From contig OX597815.1 of assembly GCA_951406725.2 (NCBI GenBank), positions 86,986,001 through 87,050,000 of the forward strand: DNA of 64,000 nucleotides, written 5' to 3'. Within the stretch, counting starts at the first letter, position 1, and each line of letters starts with the position of its first letter. Shown here piece by piece: positions 25,095-37,830 of this stretch. The stretch comes from Octopus vulgaris (lineage: Eukaryota). Under the pieces are notes generated by a model. The model searched no databases. It was not told the origin of the DNA and saw only the letters and a program-made list of their open reading frames with translations. A program made the position numbers and the translations under genes.

Positions 25095-25251
25095 CGACGG
25101 GTTTCTTTCGGTTACCTTCTACCAAACACATTCACAAGGCTTTGGTCGGATCGAGGCTATAGCAGAAGACACTTACCTGAGATGCCACATAGTAGGACTG
25201 AACCCGGAACTATGTGGTTGGAAACCAAGCTTCTCACCACACAGCCACGCC
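24578..25251 (-). mobile_element. Family A SINE split by the tRNA-HHR element
   Basis: The tail part (24578-24653) and the remainder (24908-25251) are colinear with other family A copies. Confidence 0.8.
24654..24902 (-). mobile_element. Stand-alone tRNA-head plus hammerhead element (homologue of 21112-21352)
   Basis: Minus strand: CGTAGTGGTTAAGAGCGCGGGCTACTAAC..GAGTTCGATTC, (AAT)n, then GTAATGA-A-GGCTGG.AGTGTATA.TCAGCC-GAAACGTT-gtgtt. No coding sequence is attached. Confidence 0.8.
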
Positions 25252-25464
25252 TGAGAAACATTTTAAATTTGATTTACGCGTGATTATTCTTCCTGAAACA
25301 ATTCATGTTCTTTCAAGATATCCGATGCCATTAATATTATTTTGTCCTCTTGAAAAGGTTGGGAGATGGATTGCTTAAAGTTATATTCCCGGAGGTAGAA
25401 AACTGAACCCAGTTTCGCAGCCTAACAGACAGTCATCAATTATACTGCGCTACTGCTGTTTTGC

Positions 25465-25850
25465 TTGTTTGTTTGTTTGTTGAGCGAAGCGGTCTTCGTC
25501 ACAGAGCTTGCAAGGTGGGAGAAGTCCGAAACGAGGTCCTTTGCTATTCGTAAGACCCGCAGAAGAGAAAGCAGGTCAACCCCCGACACCGAGAACATCG
25601 ACGGAGGGATGAATGCGCATCCAGACTCAGCGGTTGCGAAGGAAGTCGGGGACAAGAAACAGGAAGAAAGAGTGAGAGAAAGTTGGGGCGAAAGCGTACA
25701 ATAGGGGTCGCCACCACCCCCTGCCGGAGCCTCGTGGAGCTTTAGGTGTTTTCGCTCAATAAACACACACAACGCTCAGTCTGGGAATCGAAACCGTGAT
25801 CCTCCAACCGCGAGTTCGCTGCCCTAATCACTGGGCCATTGCGCCTCCAC
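25465..25850 (-). mobile_element. tRNA-derived SINE family C, full length
   Basis: Minus strand GTGGAGGCGCAATGGCCCAGTGATTAGGGCAGCG..GGTTTCGATTCCCAG head and (AAAC)n tail, with an imperfect TSD ACTGCTGTT(G)TTGCTT. Related heads occur at about 10010-10130 (+), 10800-10890 (-) and 57835-57972 (-). Confidence 0.75.
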
Positions 25851-27360
25851 TGCTGTTGTTGCTTACAACTCTGTGAATTGAACAGGTGAGAGCTGAGATT
25901 TGGGCACTGGGTACAATACAGTTTGAGAGGGTATATGTTACTGATAACAATATGTTTATTGAATCACCTATCCTTATTCTCTGTACAACTTTACCATTCA
26001 TAGAACACACAAAGAACTTAATATAGCTAGAACTGCTATATTTAAACGCATGACCACACACATCCAACTTCACAGACTTCCTCAGAATTTCCTCAAAAGG
26101 CTTTGACAACTTTCACTAATTAATTACAAACTACCATGTGTCTTACCAAAAACATTACAAAAACCTTAAAGGATATTATCATACCTTACTTAACCAATTT
26201 TCCACAACAGCAATATTATAATAATTGACAGAAATATTATATCGCCATATTGTACAGAAACAAACTGAGAAACTAGGGAGTTTCATGGACTGGCTTTTCT
26301 ATTGAATGCAAAACTTTGTGATAGGTAAGATATGGGTTTATCTATTTGCAATTGATGTGTATGTGTGTGTGTGTGTGTGTCAGTACATTGATTTCAGTAG
26401 TGACTAGTACTTTATTTTATCGATTCCGAAGGATGAAAAGCTAAGTTAATCTCGGGAGGTTTTGAACTCAGAACGTAAAGAACCAAAAGCATTTTGTCTG
26501 ACGTTCTAACGATTCTACCAATGACACTACCGATAACTGAATATCAACTGCTATCAATCTTGAAGGAGATAATTTGATTTATATTCAATTCGAAATCTTG
26601 AAAACATAGTAGTAATTACATTACTAGCAATATTCACATTTGGACGAATTGTTTCTTCCTTTTCATACTACCGATTGTTTAGCATTTAAAATTCTTTAGT
26701 TTAGTTTAAGACTTATTTGGTTACAGCTTGAACAAGTCTCAGATGGTGTTATAGATTTTGAGAGACATTCGGATTGTGTTATCGCTTGACGAAAAAAATA
26801 TTTCACTGAAAGTCTGACAGTATACCTATGCGATAATCTTTAATCACATTCACGATGTGGTACCCTTTAATATGTTGTAAACAATACTGGAGACAAAATA
26901 GCAATTCGAAACTGCGATATAGTTTCAATCCTTGTTTGAGATCATTTTATTTAACTTACACTTCTAATACCGTTAGTAAAAGTAAGGAAAATCGGAATCC
27001 ATCATTCTTTTCACCCTCAAAACATTGCGTGCCAACGAAGGTATCTCTAACTGGTTATCCGACTCGTTAGAAATAACAGCCAAATTTTCATTAAGTCATA
27101 CCCTGCTGTCATTAAACAGATGACATCTAAGGCTGCAATGGATAATGTAGTATTAATATGTTTGAAAAAAGATGGAATTGTCATAGCTGGAGCGCTTTTG
27201 TTCAGAGATCTACACATTCAGGGTTGATATGGGGCTAAACAGTATTAACAACGGGGCTGTTTTGCTAAGTAGAAATACACGCACACACATATTAATACAT
27301 AAACATATATATTGATCTGGATCCAATCTAATATATCTATATTAAGGTATAAATGCACAA

Positions 27361-27477
<117 letters not shown>

Positions 27478-27519
27478 ACGATCTTTTAATATGCTAAAGA
27501 AATATGAAATTTTACTTAC

Positions 27520-28406
27520 AGCATTATGGTGGAGCGTCATCTTAAATTTCTCAAAGTACATATATTCTTTAGCTTCTTCGGGGTCCATGTCGTGGTATCG
27601 ATCTCTGGCTGCGTAACCGAACGAGTCAAATTCTCCATTAGGATTTATTAATATTGTCGTTGGAGCCTTTTGGTTGTTGATGCCGGGGTCTCCACCTTCC
27701 CATTTGCGCATCATATGAATACTCTCAGGATCACGGGTAAAACTGAAGGCATAACCACTAAACATGGTGCCAAAATCAATAGCAACTATAACAAAATAAT
27801 TTCCAGTATCTCCAAGAACCGATATGGCAGGGCATTCGGAACCGACCAGGGAGAGGTTGGGATCATTGTAATCTCTGTGAATTGTAGTTGTTTTAGTATT
27901 GACATCGGAACTTGATTGGCCATAATAGTCGCCAAGAGGAGTTTCTCCTTGGAATTCTAAAGACTCAGTAGAAACACCCATGATTTCGATGGAGAGATTT
28001 TTCACGTTCTTCCTAGAGAAACCGGAGTTCTCGCCGTTGCTTCTTTTATCGACTTGACTTTCGGGAAGCTTTTTAGGTTTCTTGGTGTTAATCTTTGACT
28101 CTGTGTAATGAACCTCAGAAGCTAGGTTATATTCAAAAACCGGGCAATTCTCTACATTTGGTGTCAGGTCTACTTTGATATCTGGACGATGATCGTCTAT
28201 GTTGTAGACGTCTTCGGATTTTTTCTTGTGTACGTCACGTGTTACTGTATCCTGCTTAACACGCAATGTATTACGAACTTCTGGGGCGAAATCTGAACGG
28301 TTTGCTTCTAAAACTACTTCTCTACCATGGGGATCAATGCCGTATTCCTGTAAGAGTCTTTGTTTCTGTTCACGATTGTTGTCGGTCGAAAGTTTGAACT
28401 GTGTAT
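27520..28406 (-). CDS. HSPA12: Internal coding exon of a heat shock 70 kDa protein 12 (HSPA12A/B-like) gene: N-terminal extension plus start of the nucleotide-binding domain
   Basis: Acceptor TTTTTTTCAG| at 28407 and donor |GTAAGT at 27519 bound an open 887-nt exon (phase 1 in, phase 0 out). It ends [91 protein letters not shown], closely matching the HSPA12 signature (WEGGDPG..NQK.PT, FGYAARD.YHD). Confidence 0.93.
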
Positions 28407-29100
28407 CTGAAAAAAATAATAAAATTTTGGATAATTTTTTAATATTTAATTCTTGAAAAATAATGAGGAGTAAAAGTATCAGGATGCTTTAAAATATTTA
28501 GGCCATTACTCTTGTTCTAAACCGTTTGGAATTAATTTTGTTTTTATTAATCCATTGTCGATATAATAAACTCCAACCATATACAGAGATCAATCCTTCA
28601 TCTATAGCCTGCTCCATGTTTTCGTCTGCTATGAATATCAAGAAAAAAAAACAATATTTTATTTGCGATGTAAGTTAGTGCACGTAGTAAAGCAGTGAAT
28701 TGACTACCTTACATTATGAAAATATTTACGTCTGAGTTTGCAAATTAGCTCAGTAGAAATTTAATCGATTTAATTTATTAAAATCGAATCAGTCCCTATA
28801 CTCTACGTTTACAAACACTACCTTTGTTTTACTTTTCAAAGGAAATCTATTACATAGAATACGTAAACACCGTTGACGAGCCAATTCCGAAAGTTGGTTG
28901 CGATATACAGTTAACGAATCATTAGCGAGACAAATGCGCTCACGGAAGGCATTTGCTTTACGCATTCTAATTTCGTTTCTAATTAGCGACTCTCTGTCTC
29001 AGTAAGAAAGCAATATTTAAGCAATATTTATTGTAGCCATTTTTGATTGTCTAATTCTGATTTCCTCTCGGGCTTTATAGCCAAGAAACAATTACTACTT

Positions 29101-29232
<132 letters not shown>

Positions 29233-29798
29233 CTTCTTCTTCTATTACTACCGGTACTTGTACTACAAAAGATTTTCCTTTTCATTGTTTTCATGTTTAT
29301 TGGCGGTCTTAATTACCCAGTGTTACTTTTCACTGAACTGCGTTTATTACAGACATTCCTTGATAATGCTAATACTGTAATTATAAAGGCTAGTTGATGC
29401 CATAGATTTCAGTTTCTTAGTTTATCGACCTATCGGTTTTATGTAATTAGGTAATGTTTCACTAACTCAATCAACTCATTAGATCGATGAAGAAGAAAGA
29501 AAAGATATTGTAGGAAACATTTGTCTCTATCATCTCAAAAGAGACACGCTGGAGTCAATAATGATTGATCGAGAAAAAAATGTCCTTATTATATATGTAT
29601 GCGTGTCTACATGTGGGAAAGGGCAGTGTTTGTGGGTTGGTGTACATTTGTATGTGTCTCAATGTAAGAATATATAGATACGATATAACTTTGTGGCTAG
29701 TAACATTTTAATGACTTGTTTATGAACTATATATCTTGCTTGCAACCATTTTAATTTCAATATACTTGTATATGTGTATACATATAGTACAATATAGT

Positions 29799-29850
<52 letters not shown>

Positions 29851-29853
29851 AAT

Positions 29854-29919
<66 letters not shown>

Positions 29920-30020
29920 ATATATATATATATATATATGTAGGTCCCGGGTTGATTCGGGTTAACCACAGTAAGTAAGGTACTAATACATAGCAGAGTA
30001 AAATTAATTTATTATATAAG

Positions 30021-30072
30021 GAGCTTCTACAGACTAGTACTGTTTCATTCAAGAGAAATCTTCAGGAAGCTC
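30021..30072 (-). ncRNA. Type I hammerhead ribozyme with intact catalytic core, inside a long palindrome
   Basis: Minus strand: GAGCTTC-CTGAAGA-TTTCTCTTGAAT-GAAA-CAG.TACTAGT.CTG-TA-GAAGCTC. Stem I is a perfect 7 bp, stem III is ACAG/CTGT, the cleavage triplet is GUA, and stem II is weak. Confidence 0.72.
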
Positions 30073-30126
30073 TGAAGATTTCTCTTGAATAAACAGTACT
30101 AGTCCTGTAGAAGCTCCTTCTATATA

Positions 30127-30167
<41 letters not shown>

Positions 30168-30255
30168 TATACACATATATACATATATATACACATATAC
30201 ATGTATATACACACATATACATATATACACACACATACACATATATATGTATGTA

Positions 30256-30291
<36 letters not shown>

Positions 30292-30439
30292 TGTATGTAT
30301 GTATGTATGTATGTATGTATGTATGTATGTATGTATTCAAAGATGTGAAACTATGTATAGCCGATATAAATGTTGGTTTGTTGATTCTCCAGTCACGCAT
30401 TACATCCTACAGAGTGAACGGGGAGACTGTAAAAGACAT

Positions 30440-30506
<67 letters not shown>

Positions 30507-30744
30507 GAAAACATGAGAAGCGTGTGACGAGTATACATACTATGCTTTCTGGTAGGCGGTCAGTAACGGAACGTTCCTTAGACACACACACACACAGAGT
30601 GAGGAGAGAGAACCATAAAGATAGCAGATACGAAGAGAAGGGAAGAAGAGAGAGGAAAGCCAAAGAAGAAAGAGGCGAAATATATTACAATATTTACAGG
30701 GGAGAAATTTACTATGCTTAATTTTACTTTATGGCTGCTTTTGA

Positions 30745-31290
30745 TCTTCCATGAACAAGCGAAGCACAAATTTTGCTGCAACTCTTTTCATTCGCAATTC
30801 CTCGCTCAAAATTCGTTGGCAGAAGTTTCATGATACACCAGTCATATCAACAAGTTCATGAATTTTCATAATGTTCCCATTCGTTCAGAAGGTCGACGGA
30901 CTCCTTGAGCAAGGTTAGTCCTCAAGCGACAAGTGATTATTTCTGAGGCGTAGAAACCACCCGTAAACTTGTGTTTTGCTCACGGAAACGATCTTGTAAA
31001 CTGTTTGAAGCATGACAACTGTTTCGGCCGCCTTTTTTCCCCAGCAGTAAACAGAATTTCACGGAAGCACGCGGTTCCTTCGTTTCAGTCATCGCAAAAA
31101 TCGATGAAAGGGGAGGAGCACGGCAAAACAAAGATGCATCACACCGCACTACTACTCCAACCAAGGACGCCGGTCGGCAGACTGATGCTTGAGGATTGCC
31201 TCAAGTGGCTTCTAGCGGCGGAAACCTGAACTATAACGGGTTTGTCCTACAGAGAACGTTTCCGGTTACTTTTGTGTACCCGTCTTACAT
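30745..31290 (-). mobile_element. Mariner 5' fragment
   Basis: MTETKEPRASVKFCLLLGK matches the mariner N-terminus (EQRA.VKFC..LGK). A TIR-like end GGGTACACAAAAGTAACCGGAAA lies near 31259-31283. Confidence 0.7.
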
Positions 31291-33101
31291 ACATACACAC
31301 ACACAACTGCGCACGGATATGTGTGGGCGTCTGAGTTTATACTACCACACATGTATGCATATATATAGACTCTTAAAACAGGAATAAGATATTTTACAGA
31401 ATCAGGACAGCGAAACCACTGCAAACAATTTAATCTAACCTGATAACTAGAATCAGGTATACAAATCCTTTTAATGACGGCCAACCACAAAAGACACTAT
31501 TGACCAAGTGAATCAATTCAGCTACCAAGTTTATGCTTAAATACATACATACATACATACATTAAAGACAGAAATAATTCTTTTGGGGAACAGTACATCT
31601 TGAAGCACATAAAGCTATAAATAGTAACGAGTAAATTATTAGATTTAAAACCTCTTTCGAGAGAAAGAATTAACGGTTGCCTGTGGGTGTCGAACCAACA
31701 ACTGTTGTAAATATAACATCAACAATATGAGAGTATTTTTATATCAATGATTTAGGAAACACTAGTTAAAAATTCGTTCTTATTAAAATTTTTGTACTTC
31801 AGGTTCAACAACTACGTAATTTCTAAAGTTCACATATTGGCCATGGTTTCTCTCTTTATTCTGTTAAAGCAATGAACTGTTTGTCAGTTGTTTTGCATTA
31901 TTCTGACATTTTTAAGTCAACCATGACTAATTGAGTACTTTAGTAGAGGTATTCTATACAATATAATTATTTTATTTTATCAACTTTGTGTAGTTGCTTC
32001 TTTTACTCTGTTGTTCTGACATAACTTATTCCACTGCACTGAGAAAAGGGAGTAGTAATACATTCACGCCTGCATACATACACACGCACATACATACATA
32101 CATACATACATACATACATACATACATACATACATCAGTAAAGTGAAGTGAAGGAAAGGATGTTAGTACGAAAGAGATTTTGTTTGTTCAGATAAAAAAG
32201 AAAAACAGGGAGGCGGGGGAGTTGCGACGGTTGTGAGTATAGTGGGTGCTTATGGGCGTGCATCGAGTTGTGGTGAGAGGAATGTGCAGAGTGTAAAAGA
32301 GAAGGTTGCATGGTGGGGTGTGTTTGCGGAAGCTGGAGTTGTCGACCAGCTTGCCTAGTTAAGACGTTATACAAGTGTGTACGGGAAGTTCGTTATTGTT
32401 GTCCTATTACTCATCTACATCAACAACAATAACAACGTTGTTGTCATCATCATCATCGTTGTCGACGTCGTCCTCCTCATCAAGTCTGATGCTATCAGCA
32501 GCAGCGCTAGCTACGACAACAAACTCTACCATTTGTTATCCTCATCATCATCTAGTTCGAAGTAGTAGCAAGAACAAAAGTTATTGCCAGTAACAGGCAA
32601 TAACAGAAACACCAGCCAATGAGTTAGCCTCTATATGGTCGCTCGACTTGCTAGAAATAAAACAACGAAACTGCCACCAAAAGTACACCTTATCAAAAGT
32701 ATCCATTGTGTAATTTAGTCCTGGATATACTAGTCCTTTAAAAAATATGGAATGGTCAAGAGTTGAATTCTTTTGTTCGTAGGTCTACTCGACCAAGATT
32801 GAACTAGAGTTAAAGAGCAACAACAAAAACAACAATAGTGACAACAGCAGGAAGCGCCAGGCAATATTCCGACAATTTTCTAATGCCAGAAGAACACTAC
32901 TACACTGCTGCTACTACTACTACACCTATTACTATTACTACTTCTACTACTACTACAACCGATGCTATTGTTGTTATTACTGCAACTATTACTGATCCTA
33001 CTAGAGTAACATCAACATGTTATGGAAATAGAATGTTAAAATAAGATTATTGTCATTTATTTTTTAATCACATTTGGTGAAAAATAACATCATCGGTTAC
33101 T

Positions 33102-33328
33102 TATTTCTTTAATTGCCCACAAGGGGCTAAACATAGAGGGGACAAACGAGGACAGACAAAGGGATTAAGTCGATTATATCGACCCCAGTGCGTAACTGGT
33201 ACTTAATTTATCGACCCCGAAAGAATGAAAGGCAAAGTTGACCTCGGTGGAATTTGAACGTAACGGCAGATGAAATACTGCTAAGCATTTCGCCCGGTGC
33301 ACTAACTTTTCTGCCAGCTCGCCGCCTT
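33102..33328 (-). mobile_element. Family B SINE with perfect 20-bp TSD
   Basis: AAATAACATCATCGGTTACT at 33082-33101 and 33329-33348. Confidence 0.9.
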
Positions 33329-33710
33329 AAATAACATCATCGGTTACTGGTTTCCAACAGACTAGTCACTGTGTCATTGCATTTCTGACGGAGAAAGTGA
33401 AATGGGTGTATTTCTAACCCGGTGCAAAACAATTATATCAATAAACTTTGTTCTGAAAGCATTGCTTTTGTAAGTTTTCTTCCGTTGAATTGATGAACGT
33501 GTAACTATGGAACAAGACATTTTCCAAGTTGATGAGCTATCAGATCGAACTCAGAAAGACGTGACTACGGAGCGAACTTCAATGTGAGAAGGTCTCTAGA
33601 AATTAACATGCACCGTGATACAATGAAAGCAGGTATTTCCCGGCAAATCTAGTTTGTCAGACACAAGTTGGCACCAAATGACCAAACAAGAACTAAGAGA
33701 CGGTTACTGT

Positions 33711-33762
<52 letters not shown>

Positions 33763-34471
33763 TCCTATCTCTCCCCCTCTCTCCCCTCCCTCTCCATCTC
33801 TCTTTATGCGACGACTGTTGAGAGTAAGTTCTCTGCGAGCTGCTCCACAACTCTTACACACCTTATACTACAAGACCAGAAGATATCAACTCCTAGCTTA
33901 GTACTTCGTTTTATCGAATGGCATCATAGAAACGACCTTCCCTGTTATATCAAAAATATGAAAACGGTTATTTTTATGGAGCAAGTTAATTTTACGCAGC
34001 GGTTTGTTATCTTTATTTTCTTATATTATCCTATCAAACATACTCCTCTTTTCAGATAACTACCTGGATTACTACCCAAATGTTGAATTTTTATAGAAAT
34101 TACTAAAGATAGATCCGACTTATAATTTGAAATTATGTTGAACATGCGTGCATCATCAGTTATGTTTTAGGCTCATTGAATACAACGTTTTTTTTGTTTT
34201 GTTGTTGGTGTTCTTGTTCTTGCTTTGTTTTTAAAAGTACCTTTAAAACGTCTGTTTCTGAGTAAAATCGCACACCCTCTGATAACATCCTCTTGACATT
34301 GGCTGTCCTTTTGTGAGCCACAAGGCTCCCAAAGGATCACTTTCGTCCAGATTAAGGATCACTTTTCTAAACATAAAACATTAAGAGTGGTGAGTTGGCA
34401 AAAATGGCACCAATGAAAATGTCATTCAGAAAATAGTTTTTACCTCGTAGGTTTAGATTTTAAATCCTATT

Positions 34472-34502
<31 letters not shown>

Positions 34503-35025
34503 TATAACCCAAGATCAGCCAAGGTGCAGCAGCTCTATTATCAAAAGCCTTCCAACCGCGACCATTCCGTTGTATTTTTTCAGGCAATCACATAGTTAGA
34601 ACTATATTAGATGTGACACGGAAAAGAAAAAAACTGATATTTCTAACAGCTGGAGCAACAACCGGGGTGGAGAGGGGCCTCCTTCTTTGACTCATTTTCA
34701 TCTTATAGGTGTGGTTTATCAGGGTCGATAAAACAGTTTTGAAGTAACGATTTCCTCTAAAACTGTCGCCTACGAAAATTGGTTTTGTAAGAAGAGGGTT
34801 AAGAAACCAATAGCTAATCTATATTCCATAATGTTCTTTATAGCAGCAACAGCAGTGTTAGCTGCTCTTGTAGCAGAAGTAGCAACAATAAAGCCACTTA
34901 TGGCTAATTACATTGAATATGTCTCCCATAATATCTGTCATGGAATTTGTGGTGACGTCGTTATCAGTTGTTCAATGATGTAGTGATTATAGTACGTGTG
35001 TTACTAGTTGTGATCCTGGTGGTGA

Positions 35026-35087
<62 letters not shown>

Positions 35088-36010
35088 ATAGTAGTAGTAG
35101 TGTTGGTGGTGATGAGCGATAGTGGTGGTGTTGCTGAAAGTGGAAGGGGTGGTGGTGGTGGTGGTGGTAGCGGTGAGGTGGTGGTGGTGGTGGTGGTGGT
35201 GGTGGTGGTGGTGGTGGTGGTGGTGGTGGTGGTGGTGGTGTTGGTGAACTTCTCGATTTAGGTAATTGTGAGATTGATGTAGTGAGAGGGTATTTATGAA
35301 GTAGAAATTTGTGGTGGGGTAGGTAAGAGGCGGTTTTTGAGTATCGTTACGTGGCGGTGTAGTAGATGCTGTTGGTGAATGCATTTTAAGACTCTATGTA
35401 TGTACTGAAGTTGATGGTATAGTAATGTGGTTGTAGAAGTGAGAGTCATTAGTCTTAGTAGATAACATCAATCAACTAATCAAATTCCATAGCCTAGGAA
35501 TCAATCTTCCCCCATCTCCCCTCTTCATTTATCATGAGCTAATGGGTCCCAGACCGATCTGATATGGCATTTGAATTTTGCTACATCATCAGATTATCTG
35601 TTTCTGATGACTAATAACATACGGCGCTTTGTGGGATTTTATGTGTGAGAGGTTCTTCGCCAGTTGACAGGGTTGAATTCCATACATACCCTTCACCTAA
35701 TAAACAGAATATTTTAGTCATCGACCACTCGACCACGAGACGTGCAGTGTTACAAGGTACAAGTAATCGGTAGAACATGTAGCGGACAGTACTTTTTGAA
35801 TGTGCTGAACTAGGTGGTAATGGTTGTGGTCATGGTGGGAGCTGTACCTTATTTGTGGTAGTGATAGAGATAATGATGGGCAATGTGATGATGGTGGAGG
35901 AAATGGTGATGTCGTAGGTAGTGGTTGTAGCATTAGTAGTGGTGGTTGTATTCGTTTTGCTGGTAGTTGCTGGAGATATATTCTGATGGTGGAACAAATA
36001 GATGTGGAAG

Positions 36011-36081
<71 letters not shown>

Positions 36082-36187
36082 TGCATGTGCGTGCGCGCGC
36101 GCATGTGTGTATAGGTGTATTCGATAAGTGCCAAACACGAAAATCTTGGACCTTGAGTTAGTCTCTTCTGCTAAATATCAAAATATA

Positions 36188-36417
36188 CAAGGTTGGTCAA
36201 AAGTCATCCGACAGTAAATCAAAATTCCATAAGTACTATCTGTAATTCTGTATTGACTCGAATGGAAAAATTTGATGCTCACGAAGGTCTTCAGTTGGAA
36301 CAATTTTCATGATGTTTCATATTTCGATACTTTTAGTAAATTCTGTTGTTAAACTGAAATAAATCTTGGAATTAAATAGGTTTGATTTACTGTCAGGTGA
36401 CTTTTGGCCAAACCTTT
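36188..36417. mobile_element. Tc1/mariner-type MITE (about 230 bp)
   Basis: About 36-bp imperfect TIRs CAAGGTTGGTCAAAAGTCATCCGACAGTAAATCAAA and TTTGATTTACTGTCAGGTGACTTTTGGCCAAACCTT; TA on the left flank. Confidence 0.8.
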
Positions 36418-36639
36418 AAATATATATATATATATTCTTTTATTTCAGTCATTTGACTTTGGCCATGCTGGAGTTTCGCCTTTAGTCGAACAAATCAACC
36501 TCAGGACTTATTCTTTGTAAGCCTAGTACTTATTTTATCGGTCTCTTTTGTCGAACAGCTAAGTTACGTGATCGTAAACACACCAGCATCGGTTGTAAAG
36601 CGATGGTGGGGGAACAAATACGCACACACAAACACACAC

Positions 36640-36822
36640 AGGCGTCGCTAGCCACTACACATTCTTTATTTTCTCTCCTTGTTTCTTTCTGTGTTCCTTT
36701 CTTTGGAAGAGCGTAGGCTCGAAACGTTAAAGACTTTTTTTCTTCCCGAGCGTTAAACTAATACATCTGTTTGTTGTCTACACCACCTGTCTTCCTCTTT
36801 TGCTTTTTTCTGTGAATTCTCC

Positions 36823-36825
<3 letters not shown>
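36640..36825 (+). mobile_element. PLE pLTR-like fragment with degenerate hammerhead, ending in (TA)n
   Basis: cttt-CTTTGGA-A-GAGC.GTAG.GCTC-GAAACGTT-aaag at 36697-36732. Stems I and II pair, but the first core box is degenerate. Confidence 0.5.
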
Positions 36826-36861
<36 letters not shown>

Positions 36862-36862
<1 letters not shown>

Positions 36863-37830
36863 CATTTAAGAGCTTGGCAGGGCCACCCAGGCCCCGACGG
36901 ATAGTGTCTTCTATCCACTCGACCTCTATACAGGGTGGCAGCCCACACACCCAGGTTCTTGTCAACTTTCTACCGCCATAAGTAGGGAGAAACAAAATTT
37001 TCTCCCCCTCCAAAGGCATGCTCGCAAAATCACGATCTTCCGCAGGAGTGTCAAAAAGACACACACAGTTGCATACTTCGCACCCCTGCGGATAAACCTA
37101 ACAGTTGGCAGAGAGTCTGCCAACTCCTCCTCAATTTCTTCCTCAAAGAAGACTTTCATGGTGTCAAGGACCCTGGAATAGATCCTTAACACCACCGTTC
37201 TCTCCGTAACATTTTTCAATCATTCTTTGGGGGCCACAATTTGTTACTCCAAAGCGGATTTCACAGTTGCCATGTTGATAGCCAAAACAAAAATCAAAAT
37301 CCACAAACAAAAATTAAAATCCACAAACAAAAATCAAAATGTTTAAATGAAAGTCTATAAAGAAACACAAAAAGGATTAGAAAGACAGACAGGAGAAGAA
37401 AGAACGAAGAAAGATAATCCAAAATGACAACACAACACAATTCTGCTACTCTGGTAATCCAAACTGGTAGTCCTTCGCAGCACAAATAGTATTCCGTCCA
37501 ACTCTAGCTGTACTCCTATCCTTTAAAAAAATCCACTTGAAAGGGCACAAACACAGTCATAGAAATTTCCAAAAAATTTTCGGAGTGACACGCCTCCCAA
37601 AATAAACACAATTCTCACTACGCAATGAGTCTTCTTACACGACCACAAGCAACCAAATGCCTGGGACCCAGTGGAGACCCCAGTTCGCAATAAATACTTA
37701 AATACAAACAGCAGACCCCACTAAGCTCCAAAAAAAACAGCTGCTTTACCTGTGGTCGTGCTTCAAATGTTCAATTTTTCACGTCTGACGTGACTTCCAC
37801 CGCGACGAAAAACAACACGACAACTTGGTA
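36862..37830 (-). mobile_element. Probable 5' UTR and ORF1 fragment of an L1/Tx1-type LINE, within a split family A SINE
   Basis: Frameshifted non-repetitive ORFs 36962-37219 and 36862-37064 (..LFLPTYGGRKLTRTWVCGLPPCIEVEWI). SINE halves lie at 36438-36630 and 37835-37870. Clade is inferred only. Confidence 0.45.

Noticed and set aside
25860-26109. 93-aa minus-strand ORF as the next HSPA12 exon
   Set aside because: No Hsp70 motifs, and the ORF runs into a SINE head.
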